The position numbers were made by a program, and so were the translations under genes. The notes beneath the pieces were generated by a model, which saw only the letters and a list, made by a program, of their open reading frames with translations, was not told where the DNA came from and searched no databases. Shown piece by piece: positions 1-13,701 of a stretch of DNA of 64,000 nt; position 1 is the stretch's first letter; each line of letters starts with the position of its first letter. Source of the stretch: Octopus vulgaris (lineage: Eukaryota); assembly GCA_951406725.2 (NCBI GenBank), contig OX597822.1:15128001-15192000 (forward strand). Reading direction: 5' to 3'.

Positions 1-142
1 AGTATACGCAATTAAAAAAAAAAAGTAATATGATCTATGGTAATTACTGAAGCGCATTTAAACACTCAAAAAATGTTTGTACAAGTTAAATAATTTATAT
101 CGAGCAGAATACTTTTTAAATTTAGTTCTTTTAACGAATTTG

Positions 143-290
143 CTATCGTTTCTTTTCAAATTGATATCCATTCTGATCCAGACATTGTTGACAACGGGAA
201 GTAATGGAATTAATAACAGCAAGGAACATTTCATTAGGTATTTGTGTGCATTCTTGTTCAATGGCATCTCTCATTTCAGCAAACTTATTA
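143..290 (-). pseudogene. Tc1/mariner-superfamily transposase C-terminal remnant
   Basis: Minus-strand translation NKFAEMRDAIEQECTQIPNEMFLAVINSITSRCQQCLDQNGYQFEKKR* fits the typical Tc1/mariner C-terminus (AI..E...I..EM...V......R...C....G..FE). Confidence 0.6.
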
Positions 291-1520
291 ATGATTCTAG
301 AGATGCTTACGCGCATGGGTGGACCTGACTCAAATAATAACTATATAAATCAGTAATGTAGAAATTGAATATAGCTTCTGAATGAATTTATAACTGGAAT
401 ATAAGTTTAAATTAGTTGTGCGTTATATGAAGGCAAAAAGCAAAGAGGAAAACATAAAGAAGAAAAAAATGCTTATTGATAGAATCAGAAATGAAACATA
501 TTCAAAGATTAGTCATTGTGTTTTACTGCTTTGGATTTATTCTAAACGTTGTCGATTTGTCCATTGTTTTCTACATTTAAATTGTGTAAACAATATCAGA
601 GCTATTTCAGTTAGGAAACGTTATTTTGTCTTCTAAATGTATTAGTATTTTGCAGTATTTAATAGAACAATAGTAAGTTAATGGAAACGTGTTTCTATGG
701 AAAATTTTAATTGAAGACAGAGTATAAAAAAAAGTTGTATATATACATACATGTGTGTATGTGTGTGTTTGTGTGCGTGTGTGTAAGTGTGCTGCATTTA
801 TTGTTAATGTTTGTTTTTATGTTCAATTACAAAACAATTTTACTTGAATCTGAAAAGTTACTCTCTTACTTTTGTAGAGTACGAATTTATTATTCTTAAG
901 CAAGAATATCATTGACAGTGACTTCGAAGTTTCAACAAGTTGGGCCATCATCGCATGCAATTTCAGTTGAAAGAAACGTTTCGGTGAAATGTTCATATCA
1001 GTCACTGGGTTTCGGTTTTTATTCCCACTGTGTGTATTATAACGCGCAAATTTGATATACTTGCATCTAATAATTGTCTGTTTATCTATCTTTCATACAA
1101 ATGTGTGTGTCTGCATACATGTATGTATGATTTGTGTGTGTGTGCGTGCGTGAGCCTCTGTGTGCGTGTGTGCGTGGAGAGAGAGAGAGAGAGAGAGAGA
1201 GAGCACTAAAATATGTATAATTACGACAAAAATTAATTATGGAAAGTAACACAGAATTGTGGGTGTCAAGGACTTGAACATCCTAAATTGTTTCCCTAAT
1301 TCACGATAAAGAATTAAATGGAGACTATTTAATCATAATATTCTAACTATGTCCTCATTTATCTCTACATATAACCAGAATTATCATTCATATGGTACAT
1401 AGACTATTTACGATAAAGTGGGAGATAATACATGACAAAAAATTCCGAATTTGAAATACTGTGACCCAGCTTAATGTCACACAAAGCAACAAAGTGAACT
1501 GACTTTTGAAGTAGGAAATA

Positions 1521-1714
1521 TTGGTTTCATATATTGGTACAAGGCTAGGGATTTCGGGGGATGAGATAAGTCGATTACACTGACCCCCAGTTTTCAAATG
1601 GTACTTATTTTATCAACCCTGAAACGATGAATGTCAATGTCTACCTCGGCGTAAATTGAAAGTAAATGCAGCTAAGCCGTTTTTTCCGGTAACAACTCTG
1701 CCAGCTCACCTCCT
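1521..1714 (-). mobile_element. tRNA-derived SINE family A (Meta-domain-like core), degenerate
   Basis: Reverse complement matches the recurrent ggcgagctggcag...tcgataaaataagtacca...ggggtcgatgtaatcgact unit found many times in this window. Confidence 0.7.
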
Positions 1715-2989
1715 AAGATAAAACCTTTCAGCGCCACTTTTCATCATTACACAAGGTGATAAATTACAGAGAGGCAGTTAAAGAATAACTAACAAGTATA
1801 TTTCATATTCTATGCACTTGTAATAATTGTAAACTGTATAGGACAAGTTTCTGTTCAGGGTACATCATTCGCTCTTTAAGGCCATTGATCCGAAATATTG
1901 ACTTGAATCTGAATTTTTACGGGAGTGGGGTATGGTTGGAAAGAAGAAATTCTTATTTTATAGAACAGATCTGCCAAACAAAATTGTTTGCTGATTACTG
2001 AGTAGTTCAATATAATTTATTAAACTATCACATCTATCATGCTTCTCCTATGAAGTTGCCACAAATATTAACTTAATTTCAAGTGTGCTGCATATTTAAA
2101 CGGTTGAGCAACTCTGCTTTGAACCAACAGTTGCTTCTAAAAGGTTATATGTTTACATACTCCTATCAGAAATTGTGAAAATACGTATCTTGTGATCCAC
2201 TTCCGTAGCCAAACATCATTGAACACGATTTTAAAATTTTAAACGCTTCTTTCACAACAAATAGTTAAAATCAAATGTATAGGTGACTGTGTAGGATTAC
2301 CTCAATTTTACAATTTTATTGAAATGTAGCCGAGGAAAACAGTTTAATCCTCTTCCATGTGGATTATGAAGAATGCCAGTAAAGAAACTTAGGTGAAATC
2401 ATAAGATTACATACTCTCATATACGTGGGCGTGATACTCGATTTAAAATTCATCTGTGTAGCTTTCTCCAAAGTGGAAATAATGCTATTATATCTTTATA
2501 GGTTGCGTTATTATTTCTTGATATATTCCAGTGAAATTCAACTGATATTTGCATATCTTCCAGTGTTAACCAATGGCTTATATAAATTTAGCAAAGTTGT
2601 TTATCTTGAAGTTCAACTTTCTACATTGTTTCTTCCATTTGATTTAACTATCTGCGCTAGTATAACTGCCGAAGCCAGTAAATTTCTTTTTTATGTTGTT
2701 TTACATTCATTATTAACTATATGAATGAAATCAATAGCGTAAGCCGTTCTCTCGTATTCCACTCCATATCCAATATAAAACTAAAGCGCAAGTCTAATAT
2801 AATTATTTGAAAACGATGATTTCAGAATCGTATTTCAGCTTCTAATCTATAATGGATCTGGTTGACATTCTTTTGAAGTTATAATGACACATCAAAGTTA
2901 ATTCAGTTGCAAATATCGCTCACTGGCGGCTTACATTAGACAAGAGGGAACATTTTCATAACACATTTTTCTATACTCTATTGTATGTG

Positions 2990-3220
2990 TGATATACGTG
3001 TGCACGCGCGTGCGTGTGCTTGTGTTTGTCTCCCGAACAACTTGTCAACCGATGTTGGTTTGTTTCAGTCCCGATAACTGAGTGGTTCGTAAAAAACGGT
3101 AGCAATAGAATAAGTAACTGATTTATAGTTGCTGGGTCGCTTTGTTCAAGGAAAACCTTTCATAGTGTTCTCCTAGCATTGCTAGATTCCACTGACTGAA
3201 ACAAATAAAAAATAAAGATG
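2990..3220 (+). mobile_element. SINE family B 3' part, degenerate
   Basis: tgtttgtctcc...ccgatgttggtttg...aatagaataagta...tgactgaaacaaataaaa tail shared with copies at ~6.7, 14.9, 20.1 and 40.9 kb. Confidence 0.6.
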
Positions 3221-3384
3221 CAACATGATAATTGCAAAGCATCTAATCGTTGTAGCACATTGTTGAAGACGAATATGAAACCCTATTTTTACGTTCGCTG
3301 CATACAACTGGCCTTATAAGATATTTTACAGGCAAATTGAGCAAATGTATGTCTTCCATATTTTGACAGCATCATGAAGCCGAT

Positions 3385-4120
3385 GATGTGGAGGAAACAT
3401 TAGCGCGCCGGGCATGATGTTCAGCGACATGCTGCCATCTTTATGTCCTGAATTCAAATTCTGTCGCGGTTGACTTTGTCTTTCATCGTTTTGCGATTGA
3501 TAAAATATAGATGTTTTCGATCTAGTTTGGATTCTTTGCCATCAAATTTGAATTCTTTGCAATCAAAATTGAAAAACTACATCAGCCACAAGGGAATACA
3601 TGTCTATCTTATCTAACTCGTCCAGTAGAGCTGACCAATTGATATCTGAAAAGTTCGATTAAATAACTCATGAACACTGCGATAGCTTCTACCAAAAGAT
3701 GCTACGTTACGTTGACAGATCTGAACAAGGGGAGATAATAAACGAATTATTCTTTTTCTATTATCTCCCCTTGTTCAGACCGGTTTAGAACGGAACATCT
3801 TTTGGTAGAAGCTATCGCAGTGTTCATGAGTTATTTAATCGAACTTTTCAGATATCAACTGGTGGGCACCACTGGACGAGTTAGATAAGATAGACATGTA
3901 TTCCCTTGCGGCTGATGTAGTTTAACTCTCTTTTTTTTCAAGGCTTAAGCACCAATTGAAAAATTCAAATTTGATTGCAAAGAATTCAAATTTGATGGCA
4001 AAGAATCCAAATTACATCGAAAACATCTATAAGTACCATTCGAGCACTGGATTCAATGTAATCGACTTGCCTACCTCCTCGGAACTGATGGCCCTGTACC
4101 AAAATTTGACGTCAATATTT
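3385..4120 (+). mobile_element. SINE family A interrupted by a foldback MITE
   Basis: Core ...ttgataaaa|taagtacca... is split at a TA by the 3508-4029 insert. Confidence 0.7.
3508..4029. mobile_element. Foldback MITE (~520 bp near-perfect palindrome) with TA target-site duplication
   Basis: Ends TAGATGTTTTCGAT / ATCGAAAACATCTA. Arms are complementary over ~230 bp with the central loop near 3742-3759. TA at 3506-3507 and 4030-4031. Confidence 0.9.
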
Positions 4121-4404
4121 TGACAATATTTGTATATCCTTTGGTTTTTTTTTTCTCAATATATAAATAAACGGTAAAGCTTCTTTATGAAATAGTTATT
4201 ATTCTGCTGATGAAATCTCATTTGTGCATCCATTTTTTAAAATCAAAGCTCCAATACCAGACACAATTTTCTCCGGAGAAAATAAGCAATACATGAATGT
4301 ACATTTGGTTATCTAACATCTGTATCTGCATGTATTCATACCTAAATTGTATCAGGCATTATTCGTATATCATTTCCTAATACTATAAGCACACAGATTA
4401 TAGG

Positions 4405-4713
<309 letters not shown>

Positions 4714-4881
4714 GTTTCCAGAAAAGGGGCCTGCGGTATACACCTCGCCTGGATATTTATCACTTCTGAAGTTCTGCTTGCTATGAGACATATGTAACCG
4801 GGATCTTATCAACTCCAGTCTGTAACTCGATGATTTCTTCTGAATGAAACACTTCTAGTCCTGTAGAAGCTCCTTCTATAA

Positions 4882-4924
<43 letters not shown>

Positions 4925-5190
4925 TACGATGAATAGCCTTCGCGTAAACCACTGGTTCGTTTTGTTCTCTCACTTTATTATCATCTTATAATCATCTAGC
5001 AATAATGACCTTTATGACTCGTATTACTACTTCAGTCAATCTAAATGTATGTATTTGTCACTACCTGTCATAAATAGCCTTTTTCTATTTGCATTATGTA
5101 TTTTCGTTGATTTTTCATATTTTACCCTTACATTTCCACGTGTATTTTATATTTTCTTTTCGTAACATATTTCTACTATATATATACATA

Positions 5191-5261
<71 letters not shown>

Positions 5262-5329
5262 CGAACACACACACACACAAACAGAAGCGTCAGTCGCAAA
5301 CCAGTTTGACTTTTGGGAATGTGTCATGT

Positions 5330-5580
5330 GTTGTTGTTTTAGTTGCCTATGCAATTGTGGTCGTCCGCGCGTTGCCTCTGCGAAACATCATGGATGTGAT
5401 GGCTGGAGGCAGAAGAATCTACATCAGCATTAATCTGCTAATTACGTGCAGCTAAGTAGACAAGATTAATGGAAAGTAAAGTGCTTTGCTGAAGGACATT
5501 TCGCACCAGCCGGTTCAGGAATGAATTAAACCTACGCCTTAAAACCGTGAGTACAATTCTGAAACCGCTAGTGCACTAAG
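5330..5580 (-). mobile_element. Degenerate tRNA-derived SINE
   Basis: Similar to the 10340-10570 and 11170-11365 copies (gtgctttgctgaaggaca...ccggttcaggaat...aaacc). Confidence 0.45.
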
Positions 5581-5687
5581 ACTAATCTTACACACACACA
5601 CAGACACACACACATATGCAGGTGTCGTTTAGTTTTCATATACAACAATAAATAAATATATATATATATATACATATACACACATAC

Positions 5688-5775
<88 letters not shown>

Positions 5776-6604
5776 CTGCGTTCATATGTGTCTACTGCGT
5801 CAGAATGGATATTAAATTACTATGTTGCTTAAAAGAAACAGACAAATTATAGCAGTTCATACGAATATGATATTACCACAACAGTCGAGTTTTATAAGTC
5901 TGCAGAATGTTAACTTAATTCGGAGATCAGTGACAGCCTCGTCTTAGAAGCGCAAAATCAAACGGCTGAATTATTAAATATACGTATAATGTGTAATAAT
6001 TGACATTGAGGATACCCAATTATGGCACGCGTAGTAATTAAGATTATTATAATTGGAAATGTTCATTAGATATAGATTTTGTTCCGAATTACCAACATTG
6101 AAAATCTTAATGTTGACGATTGGATCTTAGTCAGCGTTGTTTGGTCGTATTTGACGATATGTTTAATGAGTTTATAGAATGCAAGAAGTGTAATATAAAA
6201 TGTTACGAAAGCAGGGGATCGGAAAGGATTATATGATTCTGTTATTTGAATACGATTGTTAAGGATTAGGTGTCAATGATGAATGTGGGAAAAAGATAGA
6301 AGATAATGCATGAAATCCTTATGGCATGCAGGGCTTTTGATGGAATATTTGCAGTGAAGATAATACTGATACCAGCGAACATGACATAGCCTAAGCCGTT
6401 TTGCCTGCAAGATTTATATAACACATGTAAACTGCGTAGGTAATATTGAGTGAAACAAAGCCGGTTTCCACGTAACGTTCTCTTCACCGTAAAGTGACAA
6501 ATGTAGGTTCCTTTTACTTTGCTGAACTGCGAACCAGAAGTGATAGGTGGTTTATAATAGTTTAGATAAATCAATTATACTACACCAGTTATCATATATT
6601 ATTT

Positions 6605-6990
6605 AAAGCTCGCTTTTTAACTACATGGTCTCGTGTTCAGTTCCATCATGTGCTTTGTAAGTGAATTTCGTAGACGGAAACTGTGGAAACCCGTCGGATC
6701 TATGCAAATATATGTGCGCGTGTTCACGTGTGTGCGTTCACGTACGTGCGTGTGTGTGTTTCTATGCTCATGTGTCATTGTGTTTGCTTTTTTATCCCAA
6801 CCACCACTTGGCAGTCGTATTGGTTTGTTTACGTCACTGCTTACAAGCAGTCCAGCAAAAGAATCCGATACCTTAAGTGCCAGACTCAAAAAATATGTAC
6901 TGGTTTCGATTCGTTCAAAGTAACACTTCAACTTGGTGCTCCAGCTTGACCGCAGTGCAATGACTGAAACAAGTAGAACATAAAAGATAT
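6605..6990 (+). mobile_element. SINE family B, degenerate
   Basis: catggtctcgtgttcagttcc head, gtagacggaaactg, internal (TG)n, ggtgctccagc...tgactgaaacaagt tail. Confidence 0.7.
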
Positions 6991-7312
6991 CACAAGTTGT
7001 AATAAGCTAAGTGATTAGCTGCTAATTTCAGACGGGACTCTAACAGATGAATGAATTATTTATAGAAAGGAATCGTATATGGTAGAAGACAATTGCTCCA
7101 GTTGCTGAAAGAACGCTGTGTAGAAGCGAACCCTTAAACAACAGAGCCATACCTTACTCCATACTAATTCATAAAATCCTACCGGAGTCCATGTTTGTGG
7201 GAATTATAACTGTAAAGGGGTGGAAGAGGTAATGAAAATTGAAATCAAACCCTGTAGAATTCTAACAGATGAGGTTGTGTTGAAACAAAGCTATCTGATT
7301 GCCTTTCGTTTG

Positions 7313-8255
7313 ATGGTGACCAGCCGGCAGATTCGTTAGCATTCCGAGAAAAATGCTTAGTTGCATTTCTTCCGGTTTTATGTTCTGAATTCAAATTCCA
7401 CCGAGATCGACTTTGCTCTTGATCCTTTTCGGTCGGATGAAATAAGTTCCAGTCGAGCAGATCGGTCGATATAATCGACTCGCCCCTTCCTGCAAAATAT
7501 CAGAGATTTGCGCCTATTGGATAGAAAAATAAGGCACATTTCTAGGGTTACGGACTCGTTTAAATTAAATCTAGTTCTTTATTTATACTTTATTTTACCG
7601 ACCTCGAGTGTTTAAAAAATCCGAGTTGGAAACCAATAGGTGCATAACGCCCCGAAATAATTGCCCGCGCTTTAAAATAGAATAATTGTCTGTAATACAG
7701 ATGGGCAGGTGGTTGCGATTTGGCTGAACTGTTAGCACCCCGGACAAAATGCTCAGCAGTATTTTGTCCGTTTTACGTTCTGAATTCAAATCCCGGCTAG
7801 GTAGACCTTGCCTTTCATGCATTCGGGAGTCAATAAAATAAATACCACTTGAGTACAAGTGGTCCAAAATTTCCGAACCTGAGGGCTTTAGTCGATATCG
7901 TTGACCCCAGTGCATGACTTACACCTTATATATTATCGAACCAAAAAGTTTCACAGTCATAACTGACCCCACGCAGGATTTGAAATCAGAGCGCGAGCGG
8001 TTGGAACAAATGCTACAATATACATTTCCTCCAACACGCTGATGCTTTGCCAGGTTCTCTGATTTAAGTACAAGGCCAGCAATTTCGACCTGAGGGGATT
8101 AGTCACTATCATCGATCTAAGTACCGCAATAGTACATTATTGTAACGATCCTGGAGGGAAGAAAGGCAACGTTAACCTCGGAAGTATTTGAACACTGAAC
8201 GTAAAGATCCAAAATGAATGTCACAAGGCAATATTTCCTAATTTTTCTGCCAGCT
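7313..8255. mobile_element. Cluster of four degenerate family-A SINEs (two plus: ~7313-7520, ~7705-7870; two minus: ~7890-8060, ~8066-8255)
   Basis: Repeated ttctgaattcaaat...ctttgcctttcat...aataagtacca core on both strands. Confidence 0.65.
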
Positions 8256-8963
8256 AAAATGAAAAAATACCAAGAGACCGATATACAACCTAAAATGAAC
8301 GGCTTATCTCACGTATATTTTGTTTCCTGATATATTATAAATTGCCAAAGGATAGTTTCGACTTTGTGGCATAAGATGACTTTCGATGATAATTTTATAA
8401 GGAATAACTAATTCTCATAATTTTCATTTACAACCAGATTTAAATTTACTTGTTTTCTTAGCGAAATAAGGAAGTGTGTTAGCCTTTACATTTTCTTCGA
8501 ACTTAGTGATTGGAAAAAGTAAGAGAATACGTTCGCTTTCGATCTAAGGTCTGGGCCGAATATTTACATCAGATGGGACACGGATTAAAGCATTAACGTA
8601 CAAAACTTGTTAATGAAATAGGTAACCGTATTATGCCTACCACCCCAGAACAGAAATGGTTCCACTGATGAGCTTTCCTTCAATTTCTATTTACTATATT
8701 CCTTTCAGAAGCTTTTAGATGACCCATGGCCTTGCTAGTATTACTCTTGAACAAACTTAATACTGTCGTAGAATAGAAACAAGAACAACATAGCTGCAAA
8801 GCAAAACTGTTGGCCACTCAGTCGTGTTTACATCCAAAATTTGATCTTTTACTTTCCAGGGTCATATTTAGGAAGATTTCACATCACAATAACCATTATA
8901 AAAACAAAAAAAAAAAATGGAAGAAACCTTATATTTCAAAGTGTGTTATAGAATATGATTTAA

Positions 8964-9796
8964 CACGTCGTCTGCCACAGGATATCGATATGATCTGCTT
9001 CTCCTTGCCAAAAGGGTTTTTTTAACTTTCCCAAATCAGAAAGCTGAAATATTTTGTGTGGTGGTACATAGGTACATAATACCTGTAATTACACTATAAT
9101 GACCTGATACGAGTTATCTCATAGTAATGCAAAATGCTCAGATTGGTTTGCTACGAAGGCTTTAAGAGTATGTTAATCATTATTTGACTATGTCACATCA
9201 TTGTATAATGCTTTTTTTTATCTTTTCAGATTTATAAAGAATTATTATACATTTGATTTGTAATATATAAGAATGCCAAAAAGCCTTTCCAGTGAAAAAA
9301 TTGCTGGAATGCTTCAGGAACTCGTGGAAAATAAACTAGCGGAAGATGATGTCTTAGAGTCAGAGAGTGAATACTCAGATGCTTTGGATAAAAATTATGT
9401 AGCAAATACCGGTGGAAGTAATATCAGTGACACCAGTTCTACTGAAGAAGATGAATAATTAGTTGCTCGAGGTCGTAAGAGACAATGCAGTTCTCCTGTA
9501 CCAACTGCACCAAGTTCTCCGGCACCAACTGCATCGACATCTAATACTTATACCTGATATATATAGATGTTTACCAAATATATTTCCTGGTAAGTGCTAT
9601 GATACGAGTTAATTCGTATGATTGGGCAAATAAAAGGTGTCTTTAATGCTTCCACCACACACTCACAATGTTAGTTCCAGACACCAGTTCATTTTAAGCG
9701 TGTTACAATAAAATAGGCCTCTACGCGTGTGCTCATACCTGGCAAAGTTGTATAGATTGCCAACCAGGAGATAATTCGTAGTTGGCAGTCAACGTG
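8964..9796 (+). mobile_element. Non-autonomous piggyBac derivative with TTAA TSDs
   Basis: TTAA|CACGTCGTCTGCCAC ... GTTGGCAGTCAACGTG|TTAA imperfect TIRs. Internal atacgagtta(a/t)(c/t)tcgta repeats. Acidic N-terminal peptide MPKSLSSEKIAGMLQEL...ESESEYSD (9273-9458) typical of piggyBac transposase N-termini; catalytic core absent. Confidence 0.75.
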
Positions 9797-10339
9797 TTAA
9801 ATGATATAAATAAATCAAAATGCACCAGACCGGAAGGAAATTCAACAGGTTTTAACATACCGGAAGGTGTGAGCGTACAAAAAGAAAAGAGGAATGAACA
9901 TAACCTTCAGAAAAGACAAAAAATAACCGCAGAGAATATAAAAATGTATATAATCCTAAATGCCGCATACGGCGCTACAGTAATATATGACAACAGTATA
10001 TACTCCACAAGTAAGATACCAGTAATTATAATGTTCATTTTTAAAAATTGAACTGTGTATTTTCCAGAAAGTACATGACGAAAGATTTTCCTGCCGTAAC
10101 TCTCACTTGTTTTTTTTATACTTTCTTTCAGGCTTATCATATCCAGGACTGCGTTATCACATTTAGCTTTCACTCTTTCTAATATGTGAAGGTGCTGTTT
10201 GACGGTGATTTGACTGTTACTTTGTTACTTCTCGGATACATCATCCTCTTCGAGGCTTTCTCGTTCAAGAGTTCGTTGTTTTATTATAGACGACGTCGTC
10301 GTGGACGTCACTGTCATCATCATTATACTCTAGACTTAC

Positions 10340-10570
10340 TGTGAAAAGTCTTCGAGCTCATAGGGTTAGTTATCCGGGTTTCATGGTAAGTGACTGAAAT
10401 TGTGGCCCTCTATTTGAACGGAGCGCCAGTCTGTCACAGGGTTATTTATTTACAGCTGAGTGGACTGTAGCGACGTGAGATGAAGTATTTTACTGAAGAA
10501 CACAACGTACCACCAGATTTGAGAATCGAAACCACGCTATTACAACCTGCATGTAATGCTCTCCCCTTCA
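10340..10570 (-). mobile_element. tRNA-derived SINE, degenerate (related copy 11170-11365)
   Basis: Shared ~90-bp block catagggttagt...ccctctatttgaacggagcgccag in both copies; tRNA-like head on the minus strand. Confidence 0.6.
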
Positions 10571-11584
10571 CACTACGCACCTTCGACTTTTTTTACTATG
10601 CTAGCAAGAGATTCTACCAACTTTAGAATTAATTCTTTGTTCATGGCTGCCAGTGCTTTATCGATATCACTGTTAACGCCTGCAGTCTTGTTAATGATGT
10701 TGCAGTCTTCTTTTTTTGTTTTTATTGTCAATGGGATTATCCTTGCATTGTCATGAGATATTCTAGAAACATCGCAGCTGTTCTAAGGATTATTTAATGT
10801 TTTCGTTTCTACAAGGACAGTTTTTATCAAACCATCTATCAAAACACATCTTCATTTTTTGCTTTCCTTCTAAATCCCTCGAACGAAAGCAAACGAGGTG
10901 ACTACTTTGTCTTTTTACGTTAATTGTCAGGAAAGAAGATTTTTACAAAATTCTGTAACATCTTTCTACTTTAAAATCTACATAAGTTGATATTCCTCAT
11001 CTTCCTAATGTTAACTATAATATTTCCAATCAAGAGGCCCACAAAGCCGGAGCTTACCATATGTTTCGTGGCGTTGCAGCGCTTACGTTTTCAAGAGTGT
11101 TCCTGTACAGAATGTTAGTCCATCGCAGGATTAATCACTACCCGACTGCTTCTAATACATATTTTCATATCTGTGAACCTCGGGTTCATAGGGTTAGTCA
11201 CCCGGATTTTATGGTAAATGACTGAAATTGTTGCCCTCTATTTGAACGGAGCGCCAGAAATGAAGTTCTTTGCTGAACGATGAAATACACCCACCGGCCT
11301 GAGAATCGAACGTGCATAAAACGATCGTCGTCTCAAGATCCAAACTACGTACCTTAACTGACCATAAAATAAAATCGTAACTCATTCATCTATTTTTTTT
11401 ATTGAAATCATCAGTTCTTTCATAAGAACAACGTCTCAAAGTTCTGTGAGTGAGTAATCTTTTTTCGTTTTTTTTTTTTTTGACTGATACATTTTTATTA
11501 ACCACAAGAAGATTATGGTTTACACTGACGGTTTGACATTTAAAAAGTAAATTGCCATACCGAGGCAGTTTTTCCGATTCTAAG

Positions 11585-11760
11585 TGACTGCATGCGTCTG
11601 TCTGAGTCGTTAGAGTTTTGCCCTCATAACCGGAAGATCATGGTTTCGATTCCTGGGTCAATGGGTGCGTTGTGTTTCTGCGCAGAACAGTTTATTTTAC
11701 GCTCACTCAGCTGCGTATAAGCATCCTGCGACAGACTGGTGTCTCGTCCAGGTGAGATTT
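11585..11760 (+). mobile_element. tRNA-derived SINE head, degenerate
   Basis: ctgagtcgttagag...ggtttcgattcctgg A/B-box-like motifs; similar to the 41543-41923 element head. Confidence 0.55.
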
Positions 11761-12399
11761 TGTTTCCCACTAGAGTTCTGGACCCCAGTTATGAACTCAG
11801 TTAGGCAGTGCAATTTAAAACTGGAGACGAATTTTCATTGAAATTTGTGTCGACGCTTCTAATTCAAAATAATACAAACCATCTCCATATACTTCGGATT
11901 CCAGGGTTTACCAAAAGTCTTCGAGTTCTGTAATCAGTTGATCCTATCGTTCACACACTCACTCAATGAGTTGCAACTATGAAATTATAGTTCTGTTAGC
12001 AGGTCATATAAATAGGACTGTTTTCACGAAGCCTATTCAAACACACAGCAAAACAAAAGATTTCTAGTACAATACTCTTTCATTATAATGCTGTAGATAT
12101 GCAAGCAATGGCAACGGAAAAACACAATAATTGGTTTAACATAACAGGCAAGGTAGCGATCAATTCGTTATGATTATGAGAAAAGACCACCATATAACTG
12201 CCATTATGTTGGCCATTATAGTATATTTTCAGTCCATTTGATAAGATTGTATCAAATATAATATCATTTACTGACTGATAATATTTCTGCAGTAACAAAT
12301 AAAGTGGAAGCTAAGTATCTATAATTAATACACATTACACGATTCTGTGCCAGGATTTCAAAATGGAAATCAAGCTGAGCATAATTCCATAATAATTTC

Positions 12400-12655
12400 A
12401 TATACACATCAGCACGTGCTTGCACACAAACAGACGCATATTTACAGATACTTACATACATATCTACACACGCACAACACACACACACACACACATACAC
12501 ACATATACATTCACATACATATATATCTACACACGCACACATATATATATATATACAAACATACGCACGCACATACACATACACACACATACATACATAC
12601 ACACTCTCACACACACAACAAACACACACACATATACCTACATATGTGCATATTA

Positions 12656-12702
<47 letters not shown>

Positions 12703-12713
12703 ATATATATATA

Positions 12714-12745
<32 letters not shown>

Positions 12746-12770
12746 AGTGTGTGTGTGTGTGTATGTATAA
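12400..12770. repeat. Compound (CA)n/(TA)n/(TG)n microsatellite
   Basis: Direct reading; explains the overlapping H/T/I/Y/V/C-rich ORFs. Confidence 0.95.
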
Positions 12771-13209
12771 TTGCTGATATGTGCCAACGTAGGTTAGTTG
12801 ATTGGTTGTGTTCTCTGGCCATGTTTTACCTCGTGTACAGAGAGCGGTAGAAAGAGTGAAAGAGAGACGGAAAGAGCGATAGAATAGCAGGTGCCGTATG
12901 AATGCTTGCAACAGAAAATTATATTACATAGAGTGAGCGGTGAGCGACTGAGAGAGTAGTTATGGCGGATAGATACGCAAGAGCATGTGCGAAAGGAGAG
13001 ACGGGTGTAGGGGAGGGTGTGACTGACTAAAAAGTCGAAATATCGAAGTGGCGGATACACATTTGCATATATTGTATGGAATTATATATTATGCACAATA
13101 TTGGGAAAAAATACATTTTCACTTTATTTCATAGTTTATATTCAAAGAGTAAAAAAAAACTATGTGAAACACAAAATTGCTGTGTTATGGACGTTCACAA
13201 ACGTTCTCA

Positions 13210-13296
<87 letters not shown>

Positions 13297-13561
13297 TATA
13301 TATACATATATACCTACATGTACATGGATATGTGTGTATATGTGTATATATGTATATATCTACATACATGTATATCTATCTATCTATATATACATTTATA
13401 CATATATTTCCATACACACACACGCGCGCATATATATATGAGAGAGAGAGAACTCTAGTTTGGTTATTCATTCCTTTGTTCTTTTTCATAGAATTTTCCA
13501 GAGATATGTCTGCAATGGGGTAGGCTTCAATTATGTTGAAATGATAAACAACGGCACAGAA

Positions 13562-13700
13562 AAGGCTGTGTGGCAGTTCCGGGTTCTGTCCCATTGCGTA
13601 GCAACTTGAGCAAAGGGCTTCTACTATAGACTCGGGCCGAACAAAGCTTTGTGACTGGATTTGGTAGACAAAAACTAGAGACAAGACTGCCGTGTATATA
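13562..13700 (+). mobile_element. SINE family B 5' part, interrupted by the dimeric SINE
   Basis: ggctgtgtgg...ttccgggttctgtcccattgcg...ttctactatagactcgggccga...gatttggtagac. Confidence 0.7.
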
Positions 13701-13701
13701 T

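Noticed and set aside
5089-5771. ORFs rich in YI/HT/CV repeats (also at 12.3-14.3, 24.4, 48.5, 52.1-53.3, 55.0, 61.0-62.0 kb)
   Set aside because: Translations of (TA)n, (CA)n and (TATC)n microsatellites, which lack stop codons in some frames
6457-6490. Minus-strand gtgaaga...gaaaccgg hammerhead-like string
   Set aside because: Stem II weak, no stem I or valid cleavage triplet, no clear PLE context
12083-13060. Possible minus-strand promoter/first exons
   Set aside because: Only weak Inr/splice-like motifs; no recognisable product
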